Below, piece by piece: positions 50,345-59,939 of a stretch of 64,000 nt of DNA (positions are counted from its first letter, which is position 1; every line of letters begins with the position of its first letter). The notes beneath the pieces are model-generated. The model was not told where the DNA came from and searched no databases. It saw nothing but the letters and a program-made list of their open reading frames with translations. A program made the position numbers and the translations under genes. The stretch is from the NCBI GenBank assembly GCA_958296135.2, contig CATQHZ020000001.1, forward strand, positions 4,032,001 to 4,096,000, written 5' to 3'. The stretch comes from an uncultured Poribacteria bacterium (GTDB lineage Bacteria > Poribacteria > WGA-4E > WGA-3G).

Positions 50345-51937
50345 ATGTCCAACAAAACGCTTAATCACCTGCTCATGGCCCTCACCATCCTGTTCGACTT
50401 CTGTTTCGTTGCAACCGCCATTCTCGTCGCTTATTGGCTGCGGTTCATATCCGGATGGTTCGAGGCAATCGCTTTGCACAAAGGCGGCACGCCACCGCTA
50501 GCAGAGTATTTCCGCCTCATTCCTATCATGGCGGGGATATGGTTACTCACGTTGAAAGCGTTGAAACTCTATCAACCCGAGAGCAACGCCACCACCGACG
50601 CATTTTGGCAACTCTGCAAAGCCGCCCTCATCGCACTAATTGCAACCTTAGGCGCGCTCTTCTTTATCTACCACCACGATGCCTATTCGCGCTGGGTTAT
50701 GCTCATCGCAACCGGATTGAGTCTGATGTGGCTGTTCCTCGGCCGCCTTGTGCTAACCCGCTTCCGACAAACTATCTATGCGCAAGGAGTCGGCGTGAAC
50801 CGCATCGCCATCGTCGGTTACGATGAACGCGTCCAAAAATTTATCAACGCCCTCTGGGCCAAAGCCGACAGCGGTTATCAGTTGATAGGCATCATCGACA
50901 CAGTAGGAGAGCCCCCCCAGTCTCCCGACCCCGTAGGAGAGACCTCAGAGCTCAACACTCCCGCCCCCGTAGGAGAGACCTCCCGGTCTCGATTTCCCAT
51001 AGGAGAACCCTCAGGTCTCGATTATCCCCCGGTAGGAGAGCCCCCCCAGTCTCCCGACCCCGTAGGAGAAACCTCCCGGTCTCGATTTCCCATAGGAGAG
51101 CCTCTCCAGCCTCAACTTGAACACCTTGGACACAACGCGGAGGCACATCACATCGTTCAAAAGCACCGACTTGACATCCTCTTCATCGCATCGCCGACGG
51201 TGCAAAATGAGACTATCCTCCAAATTCTTCGCGACTGCGAAGGCGTGCCGGTGCAGATTAACATGTTCCCAGAACTCTCCGAATTTATCACGGGCGGCAC
51301 CGGAGTCAGTTACGTTGAGGGGACACCCGTTATTCAGTTACGGGATACGCCCATGCAGGGTATGCGAGGCATCGTCAAGCGCGCGATAGACATCATCTTC
51401 AGCGCGGCGGCGTTAATCGTGTTGAGCCCCCTCATGTTAGCAATTGCAATGGCCATCCGCCTTACCTCCCCCGGCAAAGCGATTTTTCGGCAGGAACGCA
51501 CCGGCAGAGCCGGCAAGCGGTTCCAGATTTACAAATTCCGTTCCATGCGCGCAGACGCAGAGGAAAACGTCGGGCATATCTGGGCAAAACCGGACGACGC
51601 GCGACAGACATCCCTCGGCAAGTTCCTACGACGCTGGAGCCTAGATGAACTCCCCCAGTTTTTCAACGTCCTCAAAGGCGACATGAGTCTCGTCGGACCG
51701 CGGCCAGAGATGTCTGGGCTCATCCCAACGTTTCGCGACTCCATCCCGCACTACCTCGCACGGCAGCGCGTGAAGGCTGGCATGACAGGATGGGCACAAG
51801 TCAACGGACTGCGCGGCAACACCTCGCTAGAAGAACGCATCTGCTACGATAGAGACTACATTGAAAACTGGTCCCTCGGCTTGGACATGAAAATTATTTT
51901 CAAGACGCTGTGGGCAATCAAAAAAGGCCCGCGGTAA
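50345..51937 (+). CDS. Undecaprenyl-phosphate sugar phosphotransferase (WcaJ/WbaP family) with in-frame REP insertion
   Basis: N-terminal TMs, KRAIDI, FRQERTG, KFRSM, LDELPQ, GDMSLVGPRP, GMTGWAQVNG. Confidence 0.93.
   Translation: MSNKTLNHLLMALTILFDFCFVATAILVAYWLRFISGWFEAIALHKGGTPPLAEYFRLIPIMAGIWLLTLKALKLYQPESNATTDAFWQLCKAALIALIATLGALFFIYHHDAYSRWVMLIATGLSLMWLFLGRLVLTRFRQTIYAQGVGVNRIAIVGYDERVQKFINALWAKADSGYQLIGIIDTVGEPPQSPDPVGETSELNTPAPVGETSRSRFPIGEPSGLDYPPVGEPPQSPDPVGETSRSRFPIGEPLQPQLEHLGHNAEAHHIVQKHRLDILFIASPTVQNETILQILRDCEGVPVQINMFPELSEFITGGTGVSYVEGTPVIQLRDTPMQGMRGIVKRAIDIIFSAAALIVLSPLMLAIAMAIRLTSPGKAIFRQERTGRAGKRFQIYKFRSMRADAEENVGHIWAKPDDARQTSLGKFLRRWSLDELPQFFNVLKGDMSLVGPRPEMSGLIPTFRDSIPHYLARQRVKAGMTGWAQVNGLRGNTSLEERICYDRDYIENWSLGLDMKIIFKTLWAIKKGPR
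50903..51115 (+). repeat. Seven REP units translated in frame
   Basis: (g/a)taggaga units at 50903, 50933, 50969, 50999, 51032, 51062 and 51092. Confidence 0.92.
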
Positions 51938-51946
51938 TTGCGGAAT

Positions 51947-52987
51947 TCATCCAAAATACCGGCGCACAAAGGGCCACGCACCCGCCTTGTAATACCGATG
52001 CCCACCCTCGCCGATGTAAAGTTCACACCGCTCCGGCACGCCTGCCACCGAGTAAATCGCCCTCAGCCGTTCATACGCCAACTCAACCTGAGCGATGGGG
52101 AAAATGCCATCATCGCGCCCAGCAATCGCACAGAACGGACGCGGCGCGATTAAACCGGCGACATCATACATCTCACCTAACCGCATCAACCCCGGCACAT
52201 AGTTGCAATCGCAGTGGTGAATAGTGCCGATGCTCCCCTCAAACGTGCAGAAATAGCAACTCGGCACAGCGACAGCAATGCGGGTTTCACACGCAGCAGC
52301 GAAGAGCGAGACGGTGCCGCCGCCCGAATTGCCGGTAATCGCGACGCGCTCCGCATCTACCGGCAGGTTCGCAATCGCCCAATCGATAAGACGCGACATG
52401 TCCCACACCCGCTCGCCGATAGGTGTCCTGCCGACGAGCATGCTATGCACCAGTTCCTCGCGGCAGGAGTTTGTCCGGTTGGCGCGCTTCGCCGCTTCCG
52501 TGCGAGTCTCGCCGAACGCGCGCGTCGTCGGCGCAATGGCGATGTACCCCTCCTCAACAGCCGCTTGCCGGGCGATATCGCGTTCACCTGCCAGCATCTC
52601 CTCCTCCTCTTTCTCGTTGTGCGCAATGCCAGCGTAGAGATGCGGATGGTTATGTCCGTGCGGCGCGAGAACTAACGGCAGGTTTCCCGCAATCGTCTTC
52701 GGCAGCAGCAAATAAAACGGCAGCGGCACCGACGGTTCTACCCACAGATGCCAACTTTCGCGGACATGGTTGCCCATGTCCAACGATTCGGTGCGTTCCG
52801 CTCTCGGCACGTAACCTGCCAAATCAGATTCCATGTTATCCAAACCGAGTGCTTCACGCAGTTTCGGGCGAAAAGCGGCTTGCCATGCCTGCAAGCCCTC
52901 CCGGGAAGTCACCCGAAATTCGTAGTCCCTCGGCACAGAGGCGTATAAAGATTCAAAGTGTTGCGCGGCATTATAGGTGGTTTCCAT
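51947..52987 (-). CDS. Alpha/beta hydrolase (acetyl-xylan-esterase/dienelactone hydrolase-like)
   Basis: LAPHGH, GNSGGG nucleophile elbow, IAPRP, GGH. Confidence 0.88.
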   Translation of the reverse strand: METTYNAAQHFESLYASVPRDYEFRVTSREGLQAWQAAFRPKLREALGLDNMESDLAGYVPRAERTESLDMGNHVRESWHLWVEPSVPLPFYLLLPKTIAGNLPLVLAPHGHNHPHLYAGIAHNEKEEEEMLAGERDIARQAAVEEGYIAIAPTTRAFGETRTEAAKRANRTNSCREELVHSMLVGRTPIGERVWDMSRLIDWAIANLPVDAERVAITGNSGGGTVSLFAAACETRIAVAVPSCYFCTFEGSIGTIHHCDCNYVPGLMRLGEMYDVAGLIAPRPFCAIAGRDDGIFPIAQVELAYERLRAIYSVAGVPERCELYIGEGGHRYYKAGAWPFVRRYFG

Positions 52988-53104
52988 GATGCGACTCTCC
53001 TCAAAATTTGGTTTTTTCTTGACAACGTTCACAATTTTGTGATAATCTATGGATATGCAGTATACACGAACTCTCAATATAGGGCAACTTACGCGTAAAA
53101 TGAA

Positions 53105-53195
53105 AAAAATCGGACACTTTGAAGATTTTGGTCGACATTGAAGATATGCACGCTTTTTTAATCAAAAATCGGGCGTTTTTCACGTTTTGGTCGAC
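53105..53195 (+). promoter_or_regulatory. Tandem bipartite motif AAAAATCGG-N12-TTTTGGTCGAC x2
   Basis: Copies at 53105-53136 and 53164-53195; possible degenerate third near 53240-53265. Confidence 0.55.
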
Positions 53196-53282
53196 CTTAA
53201 AAATAGAATCGTGAGTTTCCTGCAAGGCGCGAAATCCTTCGGACGCGGCGCGATTTTCCGGAGACTTCTAATTGTCCATGAC

Positions 53283-53805
53283 AAGCTACGTCCAGCGGAA
53301 TGTAGTTGACACCCTTGAGGCCTGTGAAGATTGCCGCGGGCCTCAATACTAGCACAAATAGAGAACCACGAAACGGTCAATGGCCTAGTTAACAAGGCGC
53401 GTCAACGCGCCTGTCTTTGGCATGGCGCACGATGCAAAACAGGAAGAGCATAGACAGCTCTCGGCCGCCTTAATCAGGGCTACCTAATATAGGCAGTCAA
53501 ACTGAGAGGATGAGCGGAATAAGCGGCGCGTAGCCAAAAGCGGATATGAACACTATCCGCCTTAACCTCCGAAGGGCGCAGCTAGAAGCGCGTCTACGGA
53601 CGGCTGGTAGCGCGCACTGTGCCATGCGAGCCTGCACAGTGACGCACTACAAACTATCTTACGAAGATACCCGTCCAGACGGTTTATGAGATGACTTCCG
53701 GAGCCATTTAGTTTTCGGTTTCGTCGCGGAGCATTGCGCGCACCAATTGCCGTAGTGCAGGAGCACCTGCTCCCGCACTACGGGGTGGGAAAGTTAAATG
53801 GCTCT
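53283..53805 (+). ncRNA. Candidate large structured non-coding RNA
   Basis: More than ten helices, G-U pairs favouring the + strand, cUACGg tetraloop, no credible ORF. Confidence 0.55.
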
Positions 53806-53824
53806 GTGACAATCGAGGTGCATT

Positions 53825-54511
53825 ATGCGGAAACTTGCGTTTGCTGCTATCATCGTGCTGCTCGCCGCCGGCATCATCTTCATCTATGCCGAATGGGAGA
53901 AAAAGCACTTCACCGAGAATCTCCCGAAACCCCCGGCAAACATGGAGTCACCCGATACATCGTCAGAGGAGGAGCCGTCGTCTACCCTTGAGGTACCTCC
54001 TGCGTCGCAGCACCAAGGCACACCGGAACAACTAGAGCAGGATAGCGAGACAACTTCCGGACAACTTACCACGGAAGAAGACGATTGGCCAACCGTGCCC
54101 CATCCTTATCGCCACGGCCACGCACGGACACCTGATCCGGGGAGAAACGAGAACACTGCCACCCAGGAAACATCTGAAGCCATGAGTGACGACGAACTTT
54201 GGGACCGGGACCTGAACCAACTCATCGAACGGTTCGGAGATATCCCCGAAGTTCATGCCTATCTGGAATACGACCGGCGGGTCAGAACCGGACAGCACAT
54301 CACGCTCGAAGAGGATATCGCTTTTCTTGAAGCGATGCAGTTTCTGTTCCCTAATGAGGCGACTCGCAAAACAATCCTCCTCAAAAAATGGGAATTGAAA
54401 AATGGTTTCATCTTGCCAACGGCAGCGGATTTGGAGTACTTCAAGAGTGAGGGCATCACGGTGCTCTACCATGAGGACGGCTCTCTCAAGAAAATCACTA
54501 CGAAGTATTAA
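53825..54511 (+). CDS. Membrane-anchored hypothetical protein with conserved C-terminal FGDIPEV/FLFPNE domain
   Basis: RBS GAGGTG, N-terminal TM, low-complexity linker, paralog at 49749. Confidence 0.8.
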   Translation: MRKLAFAAIIVLLAAGIIFIYAEWEKKHFTENLPKPPANMESPDTSSEEEPSSTLEVPPASQHQGTPEQLEQDSETTSGQLTTEEDDWPTVPHPYRHGHARTPDPGRNENTATQETSEAMSDDELWDRDLNQLIERFGDIPEVHAYLEYDRRVRTGQHITLEEDIAFLEAMQFLFPNEATRKTILLKKWELKNGFILPTAADLEYFKSEGITVLYHEDGSLKKITTKY

Positions 54512-54524
54512 CGGGCCTGATAAG

Positions 54525-54569
54525 ACCGCGGTTCCAAATCGCAGTGCTATTGGAGCCGCGGCTTTTTTT
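54525..54569 (+). terminator. Intrinsic terminator
   Basis: ccgcggttccaa...ttggagccgcgg followed by c and T7. Confidence 0.75.
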
Positions 54570-54723
54570 CGTGAACACGGCATTCTCCCCGGTACGAGAG
54601 ACATCCCTGTCTCGACGCAGGCAGGACCCCCCGGTCCCGATACTTCTGGGATTTCGTTCTATCCATTTGATTTTATCTCCGTTTTATGCTATGCTATGCT
54701 ATTCCTAAGGAGGCGAAAACACT

Positions 54724-55605
54724 ATGAAAGTATTGATAACCGGTGCAAGCGGCAAACTCGGAACCTTTGTCATCAAGGAATTGGCCGAACAGCATACACT
54801 GACGCTTATGTCGCGCCGGCAACCGCCGGACGAATTCTCACATCTCCCGTTTATTCAGGGAGATCTGAACAATTTCGAGGATTGCCAGCGCGCCGTCGAA
54901 GGCGTAGACGCAATCCAACACCTCGGCGCGCAACCGGGGCCCGTAGATCATCCCGATATGCGGGCGAACGCAGCGGCGCAAGGCATCCCTTTCGATGCAA
55001 CCTTCAAAACCAACATGCTCGGCACCTATTACCTCATGCAGGCGGCTATCGAAGCAGGCGTGCAAACGGTGGTAATGTCCGGCAGCAATTGCGCGTTAGG
55101 GCACGGCTTCCGCATCAGCAAAACCGACATCCCGATAGATTACCTGCCTTTAGACGAAGAACATCCGTGCTACCCGGAAGATTCCTATAGTTTCTCCAAA
55201 CGGCACGGCGAAGCACTGCTGGAGAGTTACACCCGCGCCTACGGTATCCGAACCTACGTCACACGCCCGGCTGGTATCTGCCCTGAAGACCGGCGGCAGC
55301 AAATGGCAGAAAATGCGAAGCCGACTACCGGCTGGACACCGTGGCTGTGGTGTTGGGTAGGCAGTGAAGATGTCGCCAGCGCACACCGATTGCTCATGGA
55401 AAAGGCGGAGACGCTACCACCGCACGATGTCTACTTCCTCAACGCAGACGACACATCGGCGCTAGAACCCTCGCAAGAGTTAGTAGAACGGTTTAAACCG
55501 GAACTGCTTTCCAAAGTGAGAATGCTCCACCGGCACCAATCGTTTATCAACTGCGACAAACTGAAGCGTGCCATCGGTTGGCAGCACACCACATCGTGGA
55601 GATGA
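54724..55605 (+). CDS. NAD-dependent epimerase/dehydratase
   Basis: ITGASGKLG, YSFSK. Confidence 0.9.
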   Translation: MKVLITGASGKLGTFVIKELAEQHTLTLMSRRQPPDEFSHLPFIQGDLNNFEDCQRAVEGVDAIQHLGAQPGPVDHPDMRANAAAQGIPFDATFKTNMLGTYYLMQAAIEAGVQTVVMSGSNCALGHGFRISKTDIPIDYLPLDEEHPCYPEDSYSFSKRHGEALLESYTRAYGIRTYVTRPAGICPEDRRQQMAENAKPTTGWTPWLWCWVGSEDVASAHRLLMEKAETLPPHDVYFLNADDTSALEPSQELVERFKPELLSKVRMLHRHQSFINCDKLKRAIGWQHTTSWR

Positions 55606-55687
55606 CGGAAAACTGTCTACAGCCCATAGCGCGAGGGCCCGTCCCTCGCATGCCTTCCCTTCATGAAAAACTATTTCGGAGGAAAAA

Positions 55688-56758
55688 ATGAGCGACAGAG
55701 TTCGCATCGGAATCGTCGGCGTGGGAAGCATCTCCGTACGCGGAATCCTCCCGCACCTCACACAAGACGATGTCCAAGACAGACTACAAGTCACCGCCGT
55801 CTGCGACCCGGTTCCCGGCAGAGCGCAAGCCGCATCCGAGAAGTTTAACGTGCCGCACGCGTACGAAACCTACGAAGCGTTGTTGGCGGACGGACATGTG
55901 GATGCCGTGAGCATCGCATCGCCGATCGGGTTGCATTATGAACAAGGAAAACTCGCCATTGAACACGGCGTGCATGCACACTTCAACAAGACAATGACAA
56001 CTACCGTCGAGGAAGCAGATAATCTGATTGCCTCAGCGGCAGAAAAACGTGTCAAATTAGTGGCTTCGCCCGGCCAGATGCTGCGGCCAATCAATCAGGA
56101 AATTCGCCGGCTCGTCAATGACGGCGCGCTAGGAACGCTGACGTGGGCAGCCACCGGCTCAGCCTTCGGCAGATACCACGAAAACGAATCAGTCCGCCAC
56201 GGCGATGATCTCCTATCCAATATTAACCCCGCGTGGTATTTCCGCAAACCGGGCGGCGGCCCGCTTTACGACATGACTGTTTACGGCCTGCACACGCTAA
56301 CCGGCATTCTCGGCCCAGCGAAGCGGGTAACAGCGTTCTCCGGCGTGCGCATCAAGAAACGCGAATTCCGTGGCGAAATGCTCCCGTGCGACATGGACGA
56401 TAACACCTTCATTTTGCTGGACTTCGGCGAGGCCTTTTTCGCGTTTGTCTACGGGGCCGCCGCCGGATCCCAGGTCAGAGGCGGATTAGCAATTCACGGC
56501 ACAACCGGCACAATTGAAGGCGGTTCCTTCAACGGCAAACCGATTCCGGACATGGAACTTCCGCACGTGGTAGGAACGCATCGGAATATTCAGGAAGCGC
56601 ATGTCTATGAGGATATCATGCAGTTAGTGGACTGGATCCGTGAGGACAAACCGACTCTCGTCACGGCGGAGCATGCGCGGCATGTAATAGAAATTTTTGA
56701 CGCAGGCTACCGGTCTGCGCAAACCGGGCACGCGCAAACCTTGCGAACCCGCTTTTAA
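55688..56758 (+). CDS. Gfo/Idh/MocA family oxidoreductase
   Basis: RIGIVGVGSI, GGGPLYDM. Confidence 0.9.
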   Translation: MSDRVRIGIVGVGSISVRGILPHLTQDDVQDRLQVTAVCDPVPGRAQAASEKFNVPHAYETYEALLADGHVDAVSIASPIGLHYEQGKLAIEHGVHAHFNKTMTTTVEEADNLIASAAEKRVKLVASPGQMLRPINQEIRRLVNDGALGTLTWAATGSAFGRYHENESVRHGDDLLSNINPAWYFRKPGGGPLYDMTVYGLHTLTGILGPAKRVTAFSGVRIKKREFRGEMLPCDMDDNTFILLDFGEAFFAFVYGAAAGSQVRGGLAIHGTTGTIEGGSFNGKPIPDMELPHVVGTHRNIQEAHVYEDIMQLVDWIREDKPTLVTAEHARHVIEIFDAGYRSAQTGHAQTLRTRF

Positions 56759-56827
56759 TCGGCCCGCAGCCCGTAGGGCGCGGGAAACCTGTCCCTCGCC
56801 ATGCTTGTTTCAAAAGGAAATAACCTT

Positions 56828-57778
56828 ATGCCAAACGCTTTATGTATCGGTGAGCTCCTCATCGATTTTGTATCCACCACCCCGGATGTGACGCTCGCCG
56901 ATGCACCGGGGTTCGTCAAAGCCCCTGGCGGCGCGCCTGCGAATGTCGCCGTCGGATTAGCAAAACTCGGCATTGATGCCGGGTTTATCGGCAAAGTCGG
57001 CGCAGATGCGTTCGGCGATTTCCTGCGCGAGACGCTCGCACAGCACAGCGTCAATACTGACTACCTCATCGCCGATGATACATCTCGCACAACGCTAGCC
57101 TTCGTCGCAACGCGCTCTGACGGAATGAAGGACATCACCTTCTATCGGCACCCTGGGGCGGACACCCAACTCTCGCCTAACGAAATTGACGAAGAATACA
57201 TTCAATCGGCGGAACTGTTCCACTACGGCTCTGTCAGCCTGAGCCATTCGCCCAGCCGAGAGGCTACGCTGAAAGCCATCCACTGTGCGAAAGCAGGCGG
57301 CGCGCTCCTCTCCTATGATGTGAATCTGCGGTTGATGCTCTGGGATAACGCAAACGATGCCAAACGGCGGATCTGGGAGGTAATGCCACACGCCGATATC
57401 GTCAAAATATCCGAAGAAGAATGGGATTTCATCATGGGCGATGTCAACTTTGCAAGTGGGGCGCAACGCCTTATCGCGCAGGGCGCAACCCTTGTCGTCG
57501 TCACGTTAGGCGAAAAGGGGTGTTACTACACCAACGGCAGGGCCGCAGGCACGGTTGACGGAATCGCTGTCAACGTGGCGGATACCCTTGGCGCAGGCGA
57601 CGCGTTCGTCGCGGCGATGCTGTCCCAACTGATACAGCATGAACATCTCAAGGCACTTGACACCGAACAACTCGACGCGATAATGCGCTACGCGAACGCA
57701 GCGGGAGCATTAGCGACGCAGAAGGTGGGGGTAATCCCTGCATTGCCTACAGCCGCGGAAATTGAGGCGTTTCCGTAG
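56828..57778 (+). CDS. PfkB family carbohydrate kinase (fructokinase-like)
   Basis: GGAPANVA, DTLGAGDAF. Confidence 0.93.
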   Translation: MPNALCIGELLIDFVSTTPDVTLADAPGFVKAPGGAPANVAVGLAKLGIDAGFIGKVGADAFGDFLRETLAQHSVNTDYLIADDTSRTTLAFVATRSDGMKDITFYRHPGADTQLSPNEIDEEYIQSAELFHYGSVSLSHSPSREATLKAIHCAKAGGALLSYDVNLRLMLWDNANDAKRRIWEVMPHADIVKISEEEWDFIMGDVNFASGAQRLIAQGATLVVVTLGEKGCYYTNGRAAGTVDGIAVNVADTLGAGDAFVAAMLSQLIQHEHLKALDTEQLDAIMRYANAAGALATQKVGVIPALPTAAEIEAFP

Positions 57779-57823
57779 AAGCGAACACGAAATCGTGATG
57801 CTACCGCTCCATACATTTTTCGC

Positions 57824-57852
57824 TTGACATCCGGTAGTTTTTGTGGTATCCT
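57824..57852 (+). promoter_or_regulatory. Sigma-70 promoter
   Basis: TTGACA-17 bp-TATCCT with extended TG. Confidence 0.65.
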
Positions 57853-57957
57853 TTAATGAAGGTTTATGTGAAATACGACAATTTACCGCCGAAAGGGCAC
57901 GAGGGACAGGCCCTCGGGCTACGTGCCACGGAAGAGCTTCAGAATAAGGAGTGAAAC

Positions 57958-58371
57958 GTGAAACATACAACCCGAATAGAACTCGCGAATCTAGCCGATA
58001 TTCATTTGCTCAAGCGAGGATTCATCAACCCGGAAGAGGTGCGGCAGGTTACCGTCAAAAAGGCAGTTGTTGATTCCGGGGCAAGTTGGTTATGCCTACC
58101 GAAAGGGCTCACTGAGCACCTCGGTTTGACAGCCGTCAGAAGCAGACCTGCCCTAACCACGAACGGTGTCGTAGAGCGGACTGTTTATTCGCCTGTTCAA
58201 TTTACGATATTGGAACGCACGTCAACGATAGAGGTTATTGAAGTGCCGGATGGGGTGCCAGTCCTCGTTGGCCACATCGTTTTGGAGATGCTCGACCTCA
58301 ACCTTGACATCAAGGAGGGGCTCATCTATAATCCTGAGCACAACGGCGAATGGATTATTGAGTTGCTCTAA
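57958..58371 (+). CDS. Clan AA (retropepsin-like) aspartic protease
   Basis: VVDSGA catalytic motif, VLVGHIVLE; RBS AAGGAG, GTG start. Confidence 0.85.
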   Translation: MKHTTRIELANLADIHLLKRGFINPEEVRQVTVKKAVVDSGASWLCLPKGLTEHLGLTAVRSRPALTTNGVVERTVYSPVQFTILERTSTIEVIEVPDGVPVLVGHIVLEMLDLNLDIKEGLIYNPEHNGEWIIELL

Positions 58372-58372
58372 C

Positions 58373-59149
58373 TCAACACCGCCGCGCTTTAACCGCATAC
58401 ATCGGCCACGAAAAATAGAAATCCTCACCCACTGGACGGACGGTGTAGTGCGCCTTCGCCTCATCCGGAGAGAGCTGCGCAAAGGCATCGCGGATCTCAC
58501 GCACCACTGCCGGCGGGTTCTTCTCTGGCCGCACCCACCATAAAAACGACATCTGCGCATTTCGTGCATGCGCAAACCGCTCTATTGTAAAGCCAGCCGC
58601 CGTAATCATCGCATCCCATTGAGATGGCGGATAACCATACACATGCGAATCATCTCGCAACGTCTCCACCCGATTCTGCCACCTGATAAGTTCCTCCGAT
58701 TCCGGCGAGACTGAATCCACCATGCAGAACAACCCATTCTGCCGTAAAACCCGATGCACTTCGCTTAAAAATGCCGGCACATCTTGAAAGTGATGCGGCG
58801 CGAGACGACATGTCACCAAATCATAAGAGGCACTAGCGAACGGCAGTGCCTCCGCAGCGGCGAGAGAAAAAGCAACGTTCGGTATCGCTTGTTCCTGGGC
58901 CAATTCAGCCGCCTTGACGAGCATCTCCGCTGTCAAATCTGTCGCGATGACATTCGCGACGTTGGGTGCAAACGCGAACGCCGTGAATCCTGTCCCGGTG
59001 GCGATGTCTAGCACCTGTTCCGTGCCTTTCGGTTCGGCAAATTCAAGGATGACATCAAGAGTATCGCCTTTGGCATGCGCCGTGCTTTGCGCGTAGTACT
59101 CGGCATGTTGGCTGAACTGTGCTTTGACAGTGTTGTGAATAGATTTCAT
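58373..59149 (-). CDS. Class I SAM-dependent methyltransferase (UbiE/YcgJ-like)
   Basis: VLDIATGTG, AEALPF, CRLAPHHF. Confidence 0.9.
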   Translation of the reverse strand: MKSIHNTVKAQFSQHAEYYAQSTAHAKGDTLDVILEFAEPKGTEQVLDIATGTGFTAFAFAPNVANVIATDLTAEMLVKAAELAQEQAIPNVAFSLAAAEALPFASASYDLVTCRLAPHHFQDVPAFLSEVHRVLRQNGLFCMVDSVSPESEELIRWQNRVETLRDDSHVYGYPPSQWDAMITAAGFTIERFAHARNAQMSFLWWVRPEKNPPAVVREIRDAFAQLSPDEAKAHYTVRPVGEDFYFSWPMYAVKARRC

Positions 59150-59150
59150 T

Positions 59151-59519
59151 TTATGCCACGTTCTCCACGTGCACTTCTTCCGTTTCGGGTGCAACTGCAA
59201 CCGCGGGCATCGCCTCGGCCAACGGAGCGATCGTCAGCCGGCAACCGAGGGCCTTGAGGATAAGGGCGAAGGTGTCTAGCGGCGGTGCTTCATTGCCGGA
59301 AAGCAGCTGCTCCAATGCCTTCGGTTCAAGTTGTGTTTGCTGTGCAAATTTGGCAACGCCACCTTGTCCCGCGACAACGATTTCAACCGCGTCCAAGAAT
59401 ATGGCAGTTTCCCCATCAACCTGGTATTCTTCTAGTGCTAATTGGAGGTAGTCAATCGCTTCCTCCCGGTTCGCAAAGTCTTCAAGTAAAACTTCGCGTA
59501 ATGTTCTGAATTTTCTCAT
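59151..59519 (-). CDS. Addiction module antidote (HTH antitoxin)
   Basis: ATGA overlap with the upstream toxin; [10 protein letters not shown]...LS...[13 protein letters not shown]. Confidence 0.8.
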   Translation of the reverse strand: MRKFRTLREVLLEDFANREEAIDYLQLALEEYQVDGETAIFLDAVEIVVAGQGGVAKFAQQTQLEPKALEQLLSGNEAPPLDTFALILKALGCRLTIAPLAEAMPAVAVAPETEEVHVENVA

Positions 59520-59857
59520 CGTTGGGCACCTTTGTATTCCTGCCAATAAGTTTGCGCACGCTGAATGTCCCGAGCTTGCGATGATTTGTCCCCACCACAC
59601 AGAACCAGGATAATTGTGTTCCCGACTTCGCGAAAATAGATACGATAGCCGGGCCCAAAGTCCAGACGCAACTCAGAAACTCCGCCGCCAACAGGACCAC
59701 AATCCCCAAAATTACCGCCTTCAAGCCGCGCAAGGCGTTTACGAATGCGGTTGCGTGTCCGCAGCTCTGGCACTTTTTCTTTTACCCATTCATTGTAAGG
59801 TTCTCGTCCATTGGCAGTCTGGAAGAACCGTATCTCTCGTGGATGCGCGTTACGCAT
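59516..59857 (-). CDS. RelE/ParE-like addiction module killer toxin (Gp49/DUF891 type)
   Basis: [27 protein letters not shown]...LCGGDKSSQ. Confidence 0.9.
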   Translation of the reverse strand: MRNAHPREIRFFQTANGREPYNEWVKEKVPELRTRNRIRKRLARLEGGNFGDCGPVGGGVSELRLDFGPGYRIYFREVGNTIILVLCGGDKSSQARDIQRAQTYWQEYKGAQR

Positions 59858-59939
59858 GCGGTCTGCTCATTAATGTTTCTCAGTAAGGACAACTTGCAAC
59901 CGCGCCCTACGGCACTGCTGCCCTTGGTGCCAAATAGAA

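Noticed and set aside
53283-53805. tmRNA, RNase P RNA or group I/II intron
   Set aside because: No tRNA-like ends or tag ORF, no GAGGAAAGUCC core, no convincing P7 or domain V, and no interrupted host gene; a covariance search is still needed.
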